In this document: in pieces, positions 20,294 through 33,173 of the stretch
Layout: each line of letters starts with the position of its first letter
Numbering within the stretch: the first letter of the stretch is position 1
Source: Prasinococcaceae sp. CCMP 1430
Lineage: Eukaryota; Plantae; Prasinodermophyta
Direction of reading: 5' to 3'
Assembly: GCA_013416795.1 (NCBI GenBank)
Contig: RQSC01000022.1
Coordinates: 156,926-220,925, forward strand
DNA: 64,000 nt
Translations under genes and position numbers: made by a program
Notes under the pieces: model-generated
What the model saw: only the letters and a program-made list of their open reading frames with translations
The model's database searches: none
Told to the model about the DNA's origin: nothing

Positions 20294-22069
20294 CGTGTGT
20301 GTGTGTGTGTGTGTGTGCGTGTGTGTGTGTGTGCTTGTGCGTGTGCGTAAGCGTATGTCTGTGCAGTGTGCGTGTGCGTGCGTGTGTGCCTTCGTGCTAG
20401 CATGCACGCGCTCGCACGCGCACGCGCCTGCACACACCCGTGCGCAACGTCCCGAGCGTGCGCCTGCACGCTGGCACGCGCGCACACACCGTACCACACG
20501 GCGGGACGACCGCTGTCTGCAGCGAGCGCTGCTGCCGACGCGCCCGCGCCGCGTTGCGCTGCGCTGCGCTCTGCGCCGTGTGACTCTGAGCTGTTACGTG
20601 CGCCCGTCGCCAACAGCCGCACGAGCCGTGCCACGCACCACAACAAAAAAACGGCGCTGAAAACGCAAACGGCGGATGTCAAAAAAATGGATCTCGACCC
20701 GCTTCCACTTTCATACATATATCTGATAGTAATATCACATTTACCCACGGGCGCCTCTTCCTCGCGTACAAAAAAACTCAGAAACTCGGGCTGAAAAAGG
20801 TGTTACGGAAAGTGAAATTTTGGGGCTGGTGTAAAAAGGTTGTGGTGAAAATGAGTGATGGGATAAGAGGGGTGCGGGCGGGGGCGGCGTGCGGGCCGCG
20901 CTGCTCGCTCTCCCCCCCCTGCCCCCCCTTGCCCGTGCCACACCGCGCGCCGCGGCGGGGGCCGGCGGAGGGGAGGGGTGCGCGGAACTGCTGGGCTTGT
21001 GATGGGGCTGGTGGTGCGAGTGGTGGCTGTGGGATAGGTGTGGAAGCGGATAGCCCATGGCATCAACGGCATTCGCGGCNGGGGGGGGGGAGCGCGCGCG
21101 TGTGGCGCGTGCGCGTGTGGCGCGCGCTTGGCTGCGGCTTGGGCACCTTATCCAAATCACGTAAACCCTGTTTTGAAATGAACCTAAATTCGGTGTTAAC
21201 CCGGAGGCGGTCCTCGTCTTGCGAGTACGTAGGCCCGCGTGCAGAGCACCGGATCAACCGCGCGGTACGTACGAGCCCTCGGCGCCTTACGTCTGGGAGG
21301 ATGTAGACCCGAGCAACAAAGTCGCAGGCGCGAAGCTCAAAGCGATGCGGCGCTCACCACATCGGCTCTACAACCGTGCGCAAGATGCTCACGTGGGGCA
21401 CCGATGCGGGCGTCAACTCCAAGCGCTTTCGTAGAGAGACGGTGAAGTTGTTCGTGATAGTCACCTGCGTCGGAGCTACTGCGGCCTCATGGACGCACCG
21501 CACGGCATAGCAAAGCACCAGCACAACAAAGGAGAGCGCATCACATCGCAACGCACCACAGCATGTGCGCATGAGTCATGGTGGTGGTGGGTCTCTGCGT
21601 GGTGCGGCACGAGCACGGGGTTACCCCTTCGGCCCCTCATCACTACACTCCACTCACATGGCATGAGCGCGCCATGGCGCGGCCGTGTGCTTGCGCCTTG
21701 CCGACGCGCTCGCGCCGAGAGCGTGGATCGCCTTCGGCGGTTGGTTGCCGCGCGCCGCATTCGAGCACGCGGCCATGGAAACGCACCCGAAATGGCGACC
21801 ACGAGGAGCCTTCCATTCCCGAGCGCGCGCCCGCCCAAAAATTGGGTCGCACGCTCCCCCTGATCATGTTAATGCGATTCGACTGCCGTAAAACATTGAT
21901 CATTTCGAATGCGATTGCGATTGATCCCCGTGTAGAATGCAAAAAATCGTGCAAGCATTTTTCTGCTAAATTCGATAGTATGGCCTGACACACACACACA
22001 CACACACACACAGACACATCACACACACACACTCATCACACACTTCACACACACACACATCGCACACAT

Positions 22070-22113
<44 letters not shown>

Positions 22114-22360
22114 CACAAACACACATACACACACACACACAAATGCGTGTGTGCACGCAGCCAGAAATATCTGCACAACAACACGACCGCACCACCTCTT
22201 CGCGAAGAGTGACAGGTGGCGCGCCGCCCGCACACCGGCCGCCCGCACGGCGGCACGCCAGGGTACCCTTCCGTGCCCGCGCGGGGCCAATACCGCAGTG
22301 ATGTGGCTGGGGAGTGATTTTTGATACGCTCGGGCGTGAGCGTGCCTGCGGGCGGGCGTG

Positions 22361-22431
<71 letters not shown>

Positions 22432-22448
22432 TCGTGTGTGCGTGTGTG

Positions 22449-22516
<68 letters not shown>

Positions 22517-22624
22517 NNNNNNNNNNNNNNNNNNNNNNNNNNNNNNNNNNNNNNNNNNNNNNNNNNNNNNNNNNNNNNNNNNNNNNNNNNNNNNNNNNNN
22601 NNNNNNNNNNNNNNNNNNNNNNNN

Positions 22625-23552
22625 CGTGCGGGCGCGCCGTGCGCCGCGCCTGCGCTCCACCGGCGGCGGTGACGGCGGGCCAAGGGCGCCGCCGGAGCCG
22701 ACGGACGAGAAAGCTGGACAGGGCGCCACCGCGTACGGATGGAATAGCTCGCTGTTGCGTTCGCTGTTCGTGCGCCAGCTGGGCGTGGGCACTGTTGGTC
22801 TGGCACTCTCTGCACCCAAGCTCGGGCCGCTGCTTCTTGTGAGCACCAGCACAACGGGTGGGGGGCTCGTCAGCACGTTTTTCACCGCGCGGATGGCCAT
22901 CGCGGCCGCGGCGGGCGCGGTGGTGTTGGTGGCGTTGGGGAGAGCGCTCGAATCCTCGTCCAACCCGACGCTTGCCAACATCGCGCGCGAGACGGAGATC
23001 TTCGTTCTCGCGCTTTTCGGCGAGCGCGCTCGCCCGCTTGCGGTGGGCGCCGTGGCGCTCCCGCTCGTCCTTTTCACCGGGCTCACGGAGGAGATCGCAT
23101 TCCGCGGGGTCATGTTTCCCTCGGTCGTGAACGCAGTCCCCCCCGCCGCCGGAGGCGCGGGGGTGCCGGGGCTCGTCGCGGGCGCACTGGTCTCGTCGTT
23201 TTTCTTCGGGCTCGCACACTGGGGCGGCGATCGCACGACGGAGGGCGCGGCGCTCGTGGCGCTCGAGGCGAGCTACGGCCTCGTCCTCGCGGCCACGTAC
23301 GTCCTCAGTGGCTACAATTTGCTTGCCCCTATCATCGCGCACGCCGTGTACGATTGGGAGGCCATCGTCTTTCCCCACCTGCGCGTGTGCGACCGCATCG
23401 CATACGCCCGCGCCGGTGCTGGTGGCGCCTACGGCGAGGAGGGCATCGTCACGCGCGAGGCGCTGCGGACGGCTGCGGCAGCGGGGCAGAGCATGGCGGA
23501 CGTCATGCGCGTGCGCGCGGCATACCTCCTCATAGACACTGACCAGAACGGG
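22625..23552 (+). CDS. CAAX protease/CPBP (Abi) family intramembrane metalloprotease with the start of an EF-hand; 5' end in gap, 3' end truncated
   Basis: GLTEEIAFRG, FFFGLAHW and IIAHAVYD are the CPBP motifs; LIDTDQNG is EF-hand-like. No stop before the sequence switches to the E2F gene. Confidence 0.8.
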
Positions 23553-23684
23553 GCGGGCGCCTGCCGCCGGTGGCAAGCGCGCGGCGGCAGCGAAGGGCCG
23601 CGCGCCAGCGAGTGGCGGCGCGGCACGGCCGCCGACCAAGGATGGCGCCAGTCCCGGCGCCCGCGCGCACACACACACCAACAG

Positions 23685-26600
23685 GCCCGAGGAGGACCCC
23701 GGCAAGCCGCGATCCATCGGCGTGGTGGGCGCCGCCTTCGTGGTTCACTGCCTGCAGGCGCAGCGCGCGGCGGCCACGCCCGCCGGCGGCGCTTCGAAGG
23801 GACAGCGCGGTGCGGGCGGCCGCGCGGTGGCGCCCGCGCTTCCCGAGGAGCTGCCGCCGGTGGCCATCTCCCTGGATGCCGCCATGGAGCTGCTGGTGGG
23901 GCCCGTCGACGTCCAAGGCGGCGCGACGGCGGTGGCGGGTCCCAACGTGGGCGCCAAGCTCAAGCGGCGCGTGTACGACGTCGTGGCCATGCTGGAGGCG
24001 TTGGGTGTGGTCACGCGCGGCGAGGGCATGTTCGACTTCGACCAGCGCGGCCAGATCCTTTTCAAGGGCTTCGGCGCGCTCCCGTGCGTCGTGGCGGCCA
24101 TCGCGGGCGCCGGCGGCGACGAGCCCTTCCCCGAGGACCCCACGCTCGTCTACGACGCGGCGGCAAACGGCACGCTGGCGGCGGCGCGCGCGGCGGCGGT
24201 GGACACCAGCAGCACCGAGGAGGAGTACCTCGACCTGTCCTCGCCGCCGTCGGCGCCGGTGCCCGCCGAGGACGTCTACGGCGCGGGCGGCGCGGCCGTC
24301 CGCGCGGGCGTGGGCGCCCTCGTCGGCGCCGAGTCCGCCCTCATCGCGGGCGGCGGTGGCGACGACTCGCAGGCGTGTGTCCAAGACGTGGACTACGGCG
24401 CCCTCGGTGCGACCGTCGGCATCGTCCCAGACGCTGCCACCGCCGCCACCATCACCTTGTCGGCGTCGGCATCGCTTCCCGACCTGTCGCTGCCAGCCGT
24501 ATCGCTGGCGCCCACGCCGCCGCCGTCGCCGCCGAGGGCGGCCCCGGTCTCCGTCGGCGCCGACGCCGGAGGCCTTGCAGGCTGCGCCACGAAGGGAAAG
24601 GGCAACGACCCTGCCGCCGCTCAGGCTGCCGTCGCCGCCAGCGCCGCGCCGAAGAACGAGGGTGAGAATGGCGTTGGCGCGGCCAAGCCCGCGGCGGGCA
24701 CGGAGGGGCCCTCGCAGGTCTCAGTGACCGGCGCGCCGAACACGGGCGCAGCCGCGTCCGTCGGCAGGGTACCGCCGCAGCCGCAGCCGCAGCCGCAGCA
24801 GCCCTTCGTGGGCGTAGGCCACCCCGCTTTGACGTCGCAGCAGCAGGCGGCCATTCTGTCGTTTCAGGGGCAGGCGCACTTTCTGACGACGTCCTACGCG
24901 GCACCCGCGCCGCCAGCGCTCCCCATGTCACCCAAGGAGCTCACGGAGCTCAGCAACACCGCGGCGGTCATGGCGGGGGCGCTCGGCGACGCCGCAACGG
25001 CCGCCGGGCAGGCGACACACGCAGGCGCGCTGTCGCCGACGGCCGCCACGGCGTCCAGCCCGCTTGTGAGCGCGCTCCTGGCAGCCGCAGCGCTGGCGGA
25101 CGCCGCCGAGGCGGCGCCCGCATCCGCAGCCGCGCCTGACTCGGGCGTGCCGGCGGCGGCGTGCGCGTCGCCGCTGGTCTTCGACAAGGGACTGACGGTC
25201 GCCATGCAGCAGCAGCGCGACAGGCACCAGCAACACCAGCAGCTGCTGCAGCTGCAGCAGCAGCAGCAGCAGCAGCAGCAGCTCTTGGCGGCGCATCAGG
25301 CGCCGCAAGGGCAGCAGCAGCTGTGGGCGCTCGGCGGCATGACCACCGGCATGGGGGTGAACGTGAGCAGCGCGATGGGCGTGCATCAGGCCGCGTATCC
25401 GCCCCCGCCGCACCAGGCGCCGCACGTCTTTCACCAGCAGGCCGCCTTTGGGACGGCGCAGATCGGCCACGCGAGGTCCCCCACGGGGGTCGTCCCGGAT
25501 GCGGGCGCCGTCGCCATGGCCGCCGGCACTGTCGGGGCGACGCCGGCTGGCATGGGCGCAAGCGTCGGCGGCGTCAACGTCGCGCAGCAGCAGTCCGCCG
25601 TCTACAACGGCGCGCTGAACATCATGTTCAACAATCCCTCGGCGGTGGCGGCGATGCAGCAGCAGCTCGGCGTCGGCGTCGGGGCGTCCGTCGCGGGAGC
25701 CACGCAGCACCAGCAGCCCGGGCAGCAGCTGCTGACCATGCAGCAGCCAGTGAACGATTTCTCGAGCGCCATGGCTGCTGGGATGAGCAGCGCGGCCGGG
25801 GGCGCGGGCGTGCCCTTCGGCCTCGGGCTCCCTCACGTGTACAGCGCGGGCAACCTCAGCGACACTGTGCTCGGCGTGTCACCGTTCGCGCGCGCCACGA
25901 GCGCCGCGCTGCAGACTGCCGGCGGTGGGCGCGGCATTGCCGTCACTCCGACGAGCATGGAGCAGTACTCGCCAAAGGATGCCTCGCTTGACTACAAAAG
26001 TTGGCAGCGGGAGGGCCTGGTGGTCGATGGGACCGTCCGTGGCAAGGGCGCTCCCGGCGTCGCTGACGAGGCGGGCTCTGGCGGAGGGGCCGAGCGAAAG
26101 CGGGGCCGGGGGAAAGCCCGGCTGTTCGACCCGTCGCCCACGAGCTCCAAGAGGCAGCGGCAGCTGGCGACGGAGCGGCGGCGACAGGTGGCGAGTGGCT
26201 ACGGAGCGGCAACAGGCACAGCCAGGGCGGCGGCCAAGGGCAGGGGAGGTGGCGGCAATGCGGCCGGCGGCGCGTCGCGCGGGCAATGCGAGAAGACATC
26301 CGGCGCGCCGCCCAAGAGGTCGCGGGTCCCTTCCAAGGGCACAGGAGGCAAGGGCGGTGGCGACGAGGAGGATGCCGGGGAGGGGCGCAACGAGGGCGGG
26401 GGGCGCAAGGGCAAACGCGCCAAGCCCAAGGGCGGGCGCGTCCCGATCCTGACGTGGCACTTCATGCACGCGCTCATCGTTGCGCGTGGCAGTCGCCTCT
26501 CACTCGCCGACTGTGCGGAGGAGCTGCCTCGCCGCCCCGACGAGACAACTCGCAACCTGTTGCGGCGGCTGTACGACGTCGCAAACCTGCTCGAGGGCAT

Positions 26601-27555
26601 CTGCCTCGTGTCGAAGACGAGTGCCAAGCCGGCCTCTGCTGCGGCTGGCAGCACGAGCAACATCTTCTACCGGTGGACCGGCGCAGAGCGCAGCGTCCTT
26701 CGAGACGGCGGGCTCAGGCTCTCCACGCAGATCGTGGCCTCGTACAAGGCCGCGGGTGGGTCCAGCGTCTTCCCTAACATCGCCGCCTCCCTGGACGCAC
26801 CGGGCACAGCAACAAAATCCGCAGCCAAAAACAGGCGAACCCCTGCTGCGCACCCTCCGCTCCCGCCACGAGCGACCGCGGGCGCGGCGGGCAAAGGGGG
26901 GACACCAGGCAAGATGAAGAAGGAACGAAACGCCGCTGCCGGAGGAGCGGGGGAGGGCGGCGCACTCGTATCCGCCGCGGGCGCGAAAGGGAGGAAGCAG
27001 CCGTCCGCGCGACAGAGGAGCGCCGCCTCCGGCAGAGCTGTCGCGCCCCGGCCGCAGCAGGAGGAAAAGGCGGAGGCGCGCGCCTCCCACCTGAGAAATG
27101 CCGGAGGTGGCAGGCAGAGGAGAAAGCCATCGCCGGCGCCCGCCGCCGAGGTAGAACCACCAGCGGCGAGTGCCGGTACAGACTTTGGCCCGCTCGCGGT
27201 GAGCACCGGCTTCGACGGGCTGACGCCGAGTATGATGGCGCCCGCCATGGACTCCGTTGGCAACAAAAGCAGTGGCAACGGCACCAATGAGGACGTGCTC
27301 GAGGACGCCGCTGCCACGCTGCTGAAGATCGCCTCGACGGATGATCTGCTCGCGCTCGGCGCGCAGCATTTTAGCGCGGGCGGTGGCGGCAGCGGGCACG
27401 CCGGCGTGCCGCCTCTGGTCGGCGCGGCCGTCCCCGACGTGCAACAGCAGTTGTACGACCCACTCGCGGGGGAGGACGCAGGCACCGTCGGCGCCGGCAG
27501 CGATGGACCGGTTCGCCACTCTGAAAGCAGCGCCCGGGTGAACGCGCTTGCGTGA
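23685..27555 (+). CDS. Atypical E2F (DEL/E2F7-8-like) transcription factor with two winged-helix DNA-binding domains; 5' end missing
   Basis: KPRSIGVVGAAF...ISLDAAMELL...KRRVYDVVAMLEALGVV and ILTWHF...LSLADCAEEL...LLRRLYDVANLLEGICLVSK...FYRWTG, both with the RRxYD signature; polyQ linker. Confidence 0.75.
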
Positions 27556-27973
27556 GCGCGCGCATGCATCTTCATCAGCAACAGCGGGCTCGCGTCACGC
27601 GGACGGGAGGTGCGCGCCCCTAAGAGGCTCGGCGGACAGGCGAATGATGAGGCAGCGCGGGCATGCGGATGTGCGTCTGCGACGCACGCGCACTCGGGCG
27701 CGCGGCGGGCGCACGAACGCGCAGTGTCGGCATGCCCCACCAGAGATAGAGGCGGACCGACCAGTGCCGCGCAGAGACGAGGGCATCGGCACGCGAGTAG
27801 GAGCAGGGTGCGCGCAGATGTGAGCACGGCCAGCGAGCAAGCACCATGCGGGAAGTAAGTGAACTTACATAGGCCACACACACGCGCGCATCCGAGGCCA
27901 CGATCGCACTCGCACATCGTCGCGCACACGCCCGCGGCGCCCGTTCGCCGGTGCGCCCGGTGTCCCCTCGCGC

Positions 27974-29570
27974 CTACGTGTACCACGTGATGGCGGCGAG
28001 GAACCGGTCGAACGAGAGCATCCCGGTGCCGCGCGCGGCCTTGCGCAGCGCGCCATCGAGCAACCCGGTCGCTGCCGCCGTTGGGTCGAGGCCGCTGAGG
28101 ACGAGCAGCGCGGGTATCTCTGAAACGCGCAGCTCGGCGGTGCCTGGGCGGGCCATCGCCAAAAACGCGTGTCGCAGGCGTTTCAGAGCGCTGTCTGGCA
28201 TGCCACCGGTGTCGAGCTCCATCCCTCCGGAGCTCGCCGTGCCTGTGACCCTCCCATCACCGCCGGACGTCGCCGCGTCCCCCGTGCCTGCCGCGAACGA
28301 GCGCCCCGTCGCGCCGAGCGACGTCGAAAACGGAGCCGCCGACCTCGCCGGCGTCGCCGGCATCGAGATCCCGTTGATCGACAGCCCGGCGCCTTCCGCC
28401 CACAGCGTGCCGCTGAACGCCGTGCGGCAGCGCGGCGCGTGCGCGCTTACGCCGAGACTGGCAGCGCCTGCTACGGCTGCGCTCGTTCCGGGCCGCGCGG
28501 CTCGCGCCGCGGCGTTGGCCTCGGCCACCTCGCGGCGGCGAATGGCGCGCTCCGCCTTTGCGCTGCGCACGGCACGAATGCGCTCCACCTGCGCGTATAC
28601 GACGCCGCTCGGAGCGGCCAGCTTCAAGCGCGGCAGCGCATCGTGCCGCCGGACCGTGGCCGCGGCCTTTGAGGACAATGCGTCCTCGGAGATTTCCACA
28701 GCCGCGCTGCCGCCGTCGATGGTATCATCGAGAGCCTCCGGGGCGCCCGCGTCGCCGTCGCTCGCGCCCCGGCTCCGTCCGGGCGCGAGCGACGCCGCCT
28801 CAGCGACGGCCGCCTCCTGGAGCAGCGCCTCGAGCTCGTCAAAGGGGATGGGCACCACGGTGCCGCAGCGCAGGCAGTCCCCCGCCCACTCGCCGACATA
28901 CTTCTGCCCTCTCGACAGCCAGTAGTACGCACCGGGGCCCTCGCGCTTCTCGTCGGCCCAGCATCCCTTGAAGAGGTCTCCGCTGGCGAGGCGCAGCGTG
29001 CCGCCGCCCTCGCGCTTCCCCGCTACCCACCCGCCGTCGTACACGGCGCCGCAAAGGTACGACATGCGCCCGATGCCGTTGCGCACGCCGTTGCGGAACT
29101 CGCCCACGTACACCTCCCCCGTGCGGCAGTGCTCCGCGCCGCAGCCGTGCCGCCGCCCCCGCGCCCACTCGCCGTCGTACGCCAGCCGCGTGCCGCCCGC
29201 GCCGCGCCCGTCTGGCACGCGCAGCGTGCCCGCGCCGTGCGGCCGCCCGGCGAGGAGCTGCCCCTCGTAGACGCCGCCGCCGCGCGCCGCGATGACTCCG
29301 TACGACTTGACCATCCTCTCTCGCGCGGGCGCCGCCGCGGGGCGGCGCGGCAGCGTGGGCGACGGAGGCGCCAAGGCGCGCCGCAGCATGACCGCGGCGG
29401 GCGCCTCCACCTCGCGGTACTGCGCGCTGGGCGTGACGTCCAGCGCCTCGCGCCGCGCCAAGGACGCGCCCGCGGCGCCGTCGCCCACATGCACGGAGAT
29501 TTCTCTGCTCCGTCGCGCCGCCGGGGGAGACGCCGTCCGCACGGAGCGCCGCCGGCGACGCGGGGGCCAT
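27974..29570 (-). CDS. MORN-repeat protein (MORN3-like) with a C-terminal EF-hand-like region
   Basis: About 6 YxGxWxxGxRxGxG repeats (YEGQLLAGRPHGAG, YDGEWARGRRHGCG, YVGEFRNGVRNGIG, YDGGWVAGKREGGG); LPRLKLAAP. Start uncertain (in-frame ATGs at 29389 and 29314). Confidence 0.8.
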
Positions 29571-30288
29571 CGCCTCGGAGCCCCGCGCGCCGGCCGCGCT
29601 CCTGCGCTGCGCTGCGCTGCGCTACGCTGTGCCGTGCTGCGCCGCGACAGCCGGCATCCCTCCTCCTCCGCCGGGCCAACCACCCACCCCACTCCCCCCA
29701 CCCCCGGCCTGGAAGCCCTCCAGTTCCACTGCCTCCCCACCCCACGCCGCGCCACCCTACACACCGCCCCTCCTCCGACCCACGCTCGCCCCCGGCCCCT
29801 TGCGCCGGCCGAGCGCGCCCGCCAAGGCCGCGGGCCGCGCCAGAGTGACGCCGTCGGTGCCGCCGCGTGCACGCACACGCACACGCACACACGCACGCAC
29901 GCGCACACGCACGCACGCACACGCGCACGCGCCCGCGGCGCCCGCGGCCCAAACGGGCACAGACAGCCGCTGGGAGGGTGCTTGGAAGCAGGTCGAATTC
30001 CGTCGATTACATATCATACTCTGAAAAACTCTGAAAATATTTGCATGAGAGTCATCATTACAATTATATATTTCTGTATGTGTGTGATTTAGGGGAGACA
30101 TCACGTGGTATTGTGCGGATTTGAGCGGGCCGAAACGGGGCATTGCGGCGAGTGGCGCGCGCTCGGGGAACTGCGGGGTGTGGGGTGTGGGGTGTGGGGT
30201 GTGGGGTGTGGAGCGGAGGCACTGGGCCGCCACACCCGGCGGCGTCGCGCGCGCTCGCGCGCGCGCGTGCGCCCTAGCGCCCGCAGGG

Positions 30289-32900
30289 ATGGCGCGGCCG
30301 CGAGCGGGCGCCCCCGNNNNNNNNNNNNNNNNNNNNNNNNNNNNNNNNNNNNNNNNNNNNNNNNNNNNNNNNNNNNNNNNNNNNNNNNNNNNNNNNNNNN
30401 NNNNNNNNNNNNNNNNNNNNNNNNNNNNNNNNNNNNNNNNNNNNNNNNNNNNNNNNNNNNNNNNNNNNNNNNNNNNNNNNNNNNNNNNNNNNNNNNNNNN
30501 NNNNNNNNNNNNNNNNNNNNNNNNNNNNNNNNNNNNNNNNNNNNNNNNNNNNNNNNNNNNNNNNNNNNNNNNNNNNNNNNNNNNNNNNNNNNNNNNNNNN
30601 NNNNNNNNNNNNNNNNNNNNNNNNNNNNNNNNNNNNNNNNNNNNNNNNNNNNNNNNNNNNNNNNNNNNNNNNNNNNNNNNNNNNNNNNNNNNNNNNNNNN
30701 NNNNNNNNNNNNNNNNNNNNNNNNNNNNNNNNNNNNNNNNNNNNNNNNNNNNNNNNNNNNNNNNNNNNNNNNNNNNNNNNNNNNNNNNNNNNNNNNNNNN
30801 NCGGCGGCGGCGCGCGGGCCGTCGTACGGCGTGTCGGCGGCGGCGGCGGGCGACGTGCGCTGCTGCGCGGCCTCGCAGGGCCACCTCTTCGTGGGCAATG
30901 CCGCCGGCGAGCTCGTCGCGGTGCAGCTGGCCACGCTCGGCGTCGTCGTGCGTGCGACCGTGCACGACGGCGCCCCCGTCGACGCCATTGCGGCCAGCGG
31001 CGCGGCGCTGCGCGACGCCGGCGGGCCCACGCTGATTGCAAGCGCCAGCGGCGCGATGGTCGCCGTGTACGCCGTCGACCTCGAGAGGCGCGCGCTCGAC
31101 CTCGTCGCCGCGGGGCCGCCGCCGCAGAGCTTTGCCGCGGGCGCCGGCGCGGACGCCGGCGCGAGCGGCGGCGCCGAGTCCATCCGCGCGATTGACTTTG
31201 CCCCCGACGGTCGACACCTGGTGCTCTGCGGCTCGCGCGGATCGCTGGCGGTGCTCGCCCTGCCCGCGCCGAGCACGCGCCCGGCGGCGGGCGCTCTCGG
31301 CGCCGAGCGCGCGGCCGACGGCGCGCCGAGCGACGCCGCAGAGGGCGCGACGTCCGCTGACGCGTCGACGCCCGCCTCGGCGCCCGCGCCCGCGCTCGTT
31401 CTGGAGGTGCTTCCTGCGCTCGCGCTCGAGCACAGCGGCGCCGCCAGCCGCAGACGCACCGCCCTGGGGACGGCGCACGCGCACTTGGTGCTCGCGCAGG
31501 CGACCGCTCCCCCACGCGGCGACGAGCTGGGCTACCCGGTGCTGGGCTCGCCGCCGCCCCATGCCGCGGGCGTCTGGGTGTGGTGGGAGGGCGCCAATGC
31601 GCTGGTGCTGTACGCCTTCGGAGCCGTCGGCGCCGCCGCGGGCAAGGCTCCCGCCCCAGAGCGGAGCTTCGTGACGCCGCACGAGGTCACGTCGAGCGCG
31701 ATGAGCGCCGACGGCGCAACGCTCGCCACCGGGATGGTCGACGGCACGGTGCTGCTGTGGAGCACGCACCTGGGGATGCAGGAGGGCCGATTCGGGAGGC
31801 TGAGCGCGCCCGCGAGGTCGGTGGCGTTCACGACGGGCGCCAACCGCGCGATCGTGGCGGCGGCGGCCGACGGCGCCGTGCGGCTGCACCAGCATCGCGC
31901 GGAGGGCGGTGCCAGCGCCGGCGGGATGGGGGTCGTCGCCGGGCGTGTGGACGGGCCCGCGGGTGCGCTGCAGCTGCTTGGCGATTCGTCGGTCGCCGTG
32001 GTGGTGGCCGGCGAGGAGCGCCTGCAGCTGTACGACGCCGCCGGCGGGGCGGTGCTGCTCGCCGACATCGTGCCGCCCGCCGGCATGCGTTTCGTGGCGC
32101 AGGGCGGGGGCGTCTGTGTGCTCGGGCCGAACTCGGTGGCGCCGGGCGAGCCCACCCTGCTGATGCTCGCCAGGGCCAGCGCCGTCGACGGCGGCTCGGA
32201 CGGCGGCCGCTCGGCGGCGGGCGATCGCGCGATCGCAAGCGAGGCGGACGGGGAGGGGCGCGCGGGAGAAGAGCGAGCGCCGCCTTCGGAGGCGGCGCCG
32301 TCTGAGACGGAGGGCGCTCCCGACGGCGCGCAGGACGGCGCCCTGAGCGGCGCGTGCAGCGTGTTCGTGTACGAGCTGGCGGACTACCTGCCGGACACGC
32401 TGGGCGCCGAGCCGCCGGTCATGGTGGAGCGCGAGCTTCACAAGCCCATGCTGGTGCCCGTGCCTCCGTCCACCGCGCCGGGCGTCACCGCCGGCACGCA
32501 GGCGGGCCACAGGCTCGGCGCCTCCGCGACAGATGCCCCGGCGCCGCCGCCCCTGCCGACCCAGGTGCTGCACGCCCGTCGGCGCCACCTGACGACCGGC
32601 AGCAGCCGGCCGGCAACGGGCGCGAGCAGCCCAAGGGCGAGCTCGAACCCCTCGCCTCTGCGCATTCGCACGCGCCTGAGCGACGCGCCCCACGGCCAGG
32701 GCGCGCTCGGTCCGGAGGGCGTCGGCGACGGGGGGGCGGCTGGCGGCGCGTTCGACGCGACCGACCCCTCGCAGGCCATCCTCGGCATCCTGCAGCGCCT
32801 GCAGGGGCGGCGCGGCGGCCGCCACCAGCGCGAGCGGCGCATCGCCCGGCGCACGAGCGAGCTCATGCGCGCGCTGGCGCAGGAGGCCGCGCCCGTGTAG
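30289..32900 (+). CDS. WD40-repeat protein (possibly WDR93-like), interrupted by gap 30317-30801
   Basis: IRAIDFAPDGRHLVLCG, VTSSAMSADGATLATGMVDGTVLLWS, ARSVAF repeats; WVWWEGANALVLYAF recalls WDR93 (tentative). Confidence 0.65.
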
Positions 32901-33157
32901 TCGCGCGAGGGCACGCAGCGCGCATGAGCTCGCTCTTGCTTGCGCCGGGCGATGCGTCGCTCGCGCTGGCGCAGGAGGCCGCGCCCGTGTAGTCGCGCGA
33001 AGGCACGCAGCGCGGCCCACGCCAGCCTCGTCGCCGCCGTGGCCTCGCTGTCACCCCCCCCCCCCCACCACCACGGCGCTGCTGGGCTGGCTGCGCTCGT
33101 GCGGTCGCCGCCGTGGGCATTCGGAGCATTGTACTATATCAAAATGCATTACATTAC

Positions 33158-33173
33158 AAACCCTAACCCTAAA
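33158..33173. promoter_or_regulatory. Telo-box / interstitial telomere-like motif AAACCCTAACCCTAAA upstream of mago
   Basis: Exact plant telo-box AAACCCTAA at 33158-33166 in an AT-rich spacer; related TAGGGTT motifs near 35240, 48737 and 55108. Confidence 0.45.

Noticed and set aside
21230-21700. Possible transposase remnant in lower-GC sequence
   Set aside because: No DDE/DDD, RT or HUH motif recognisable; only short ORFs.
8041-32900. Long antisense ORFs opposite real genes (e.g. 8041-10614, 29757-33020; also 56394-59048)
   Set aside because: Shadow frames expected from GC-rich codon usage; no family motifs beyond those of the true exons they happen to include.
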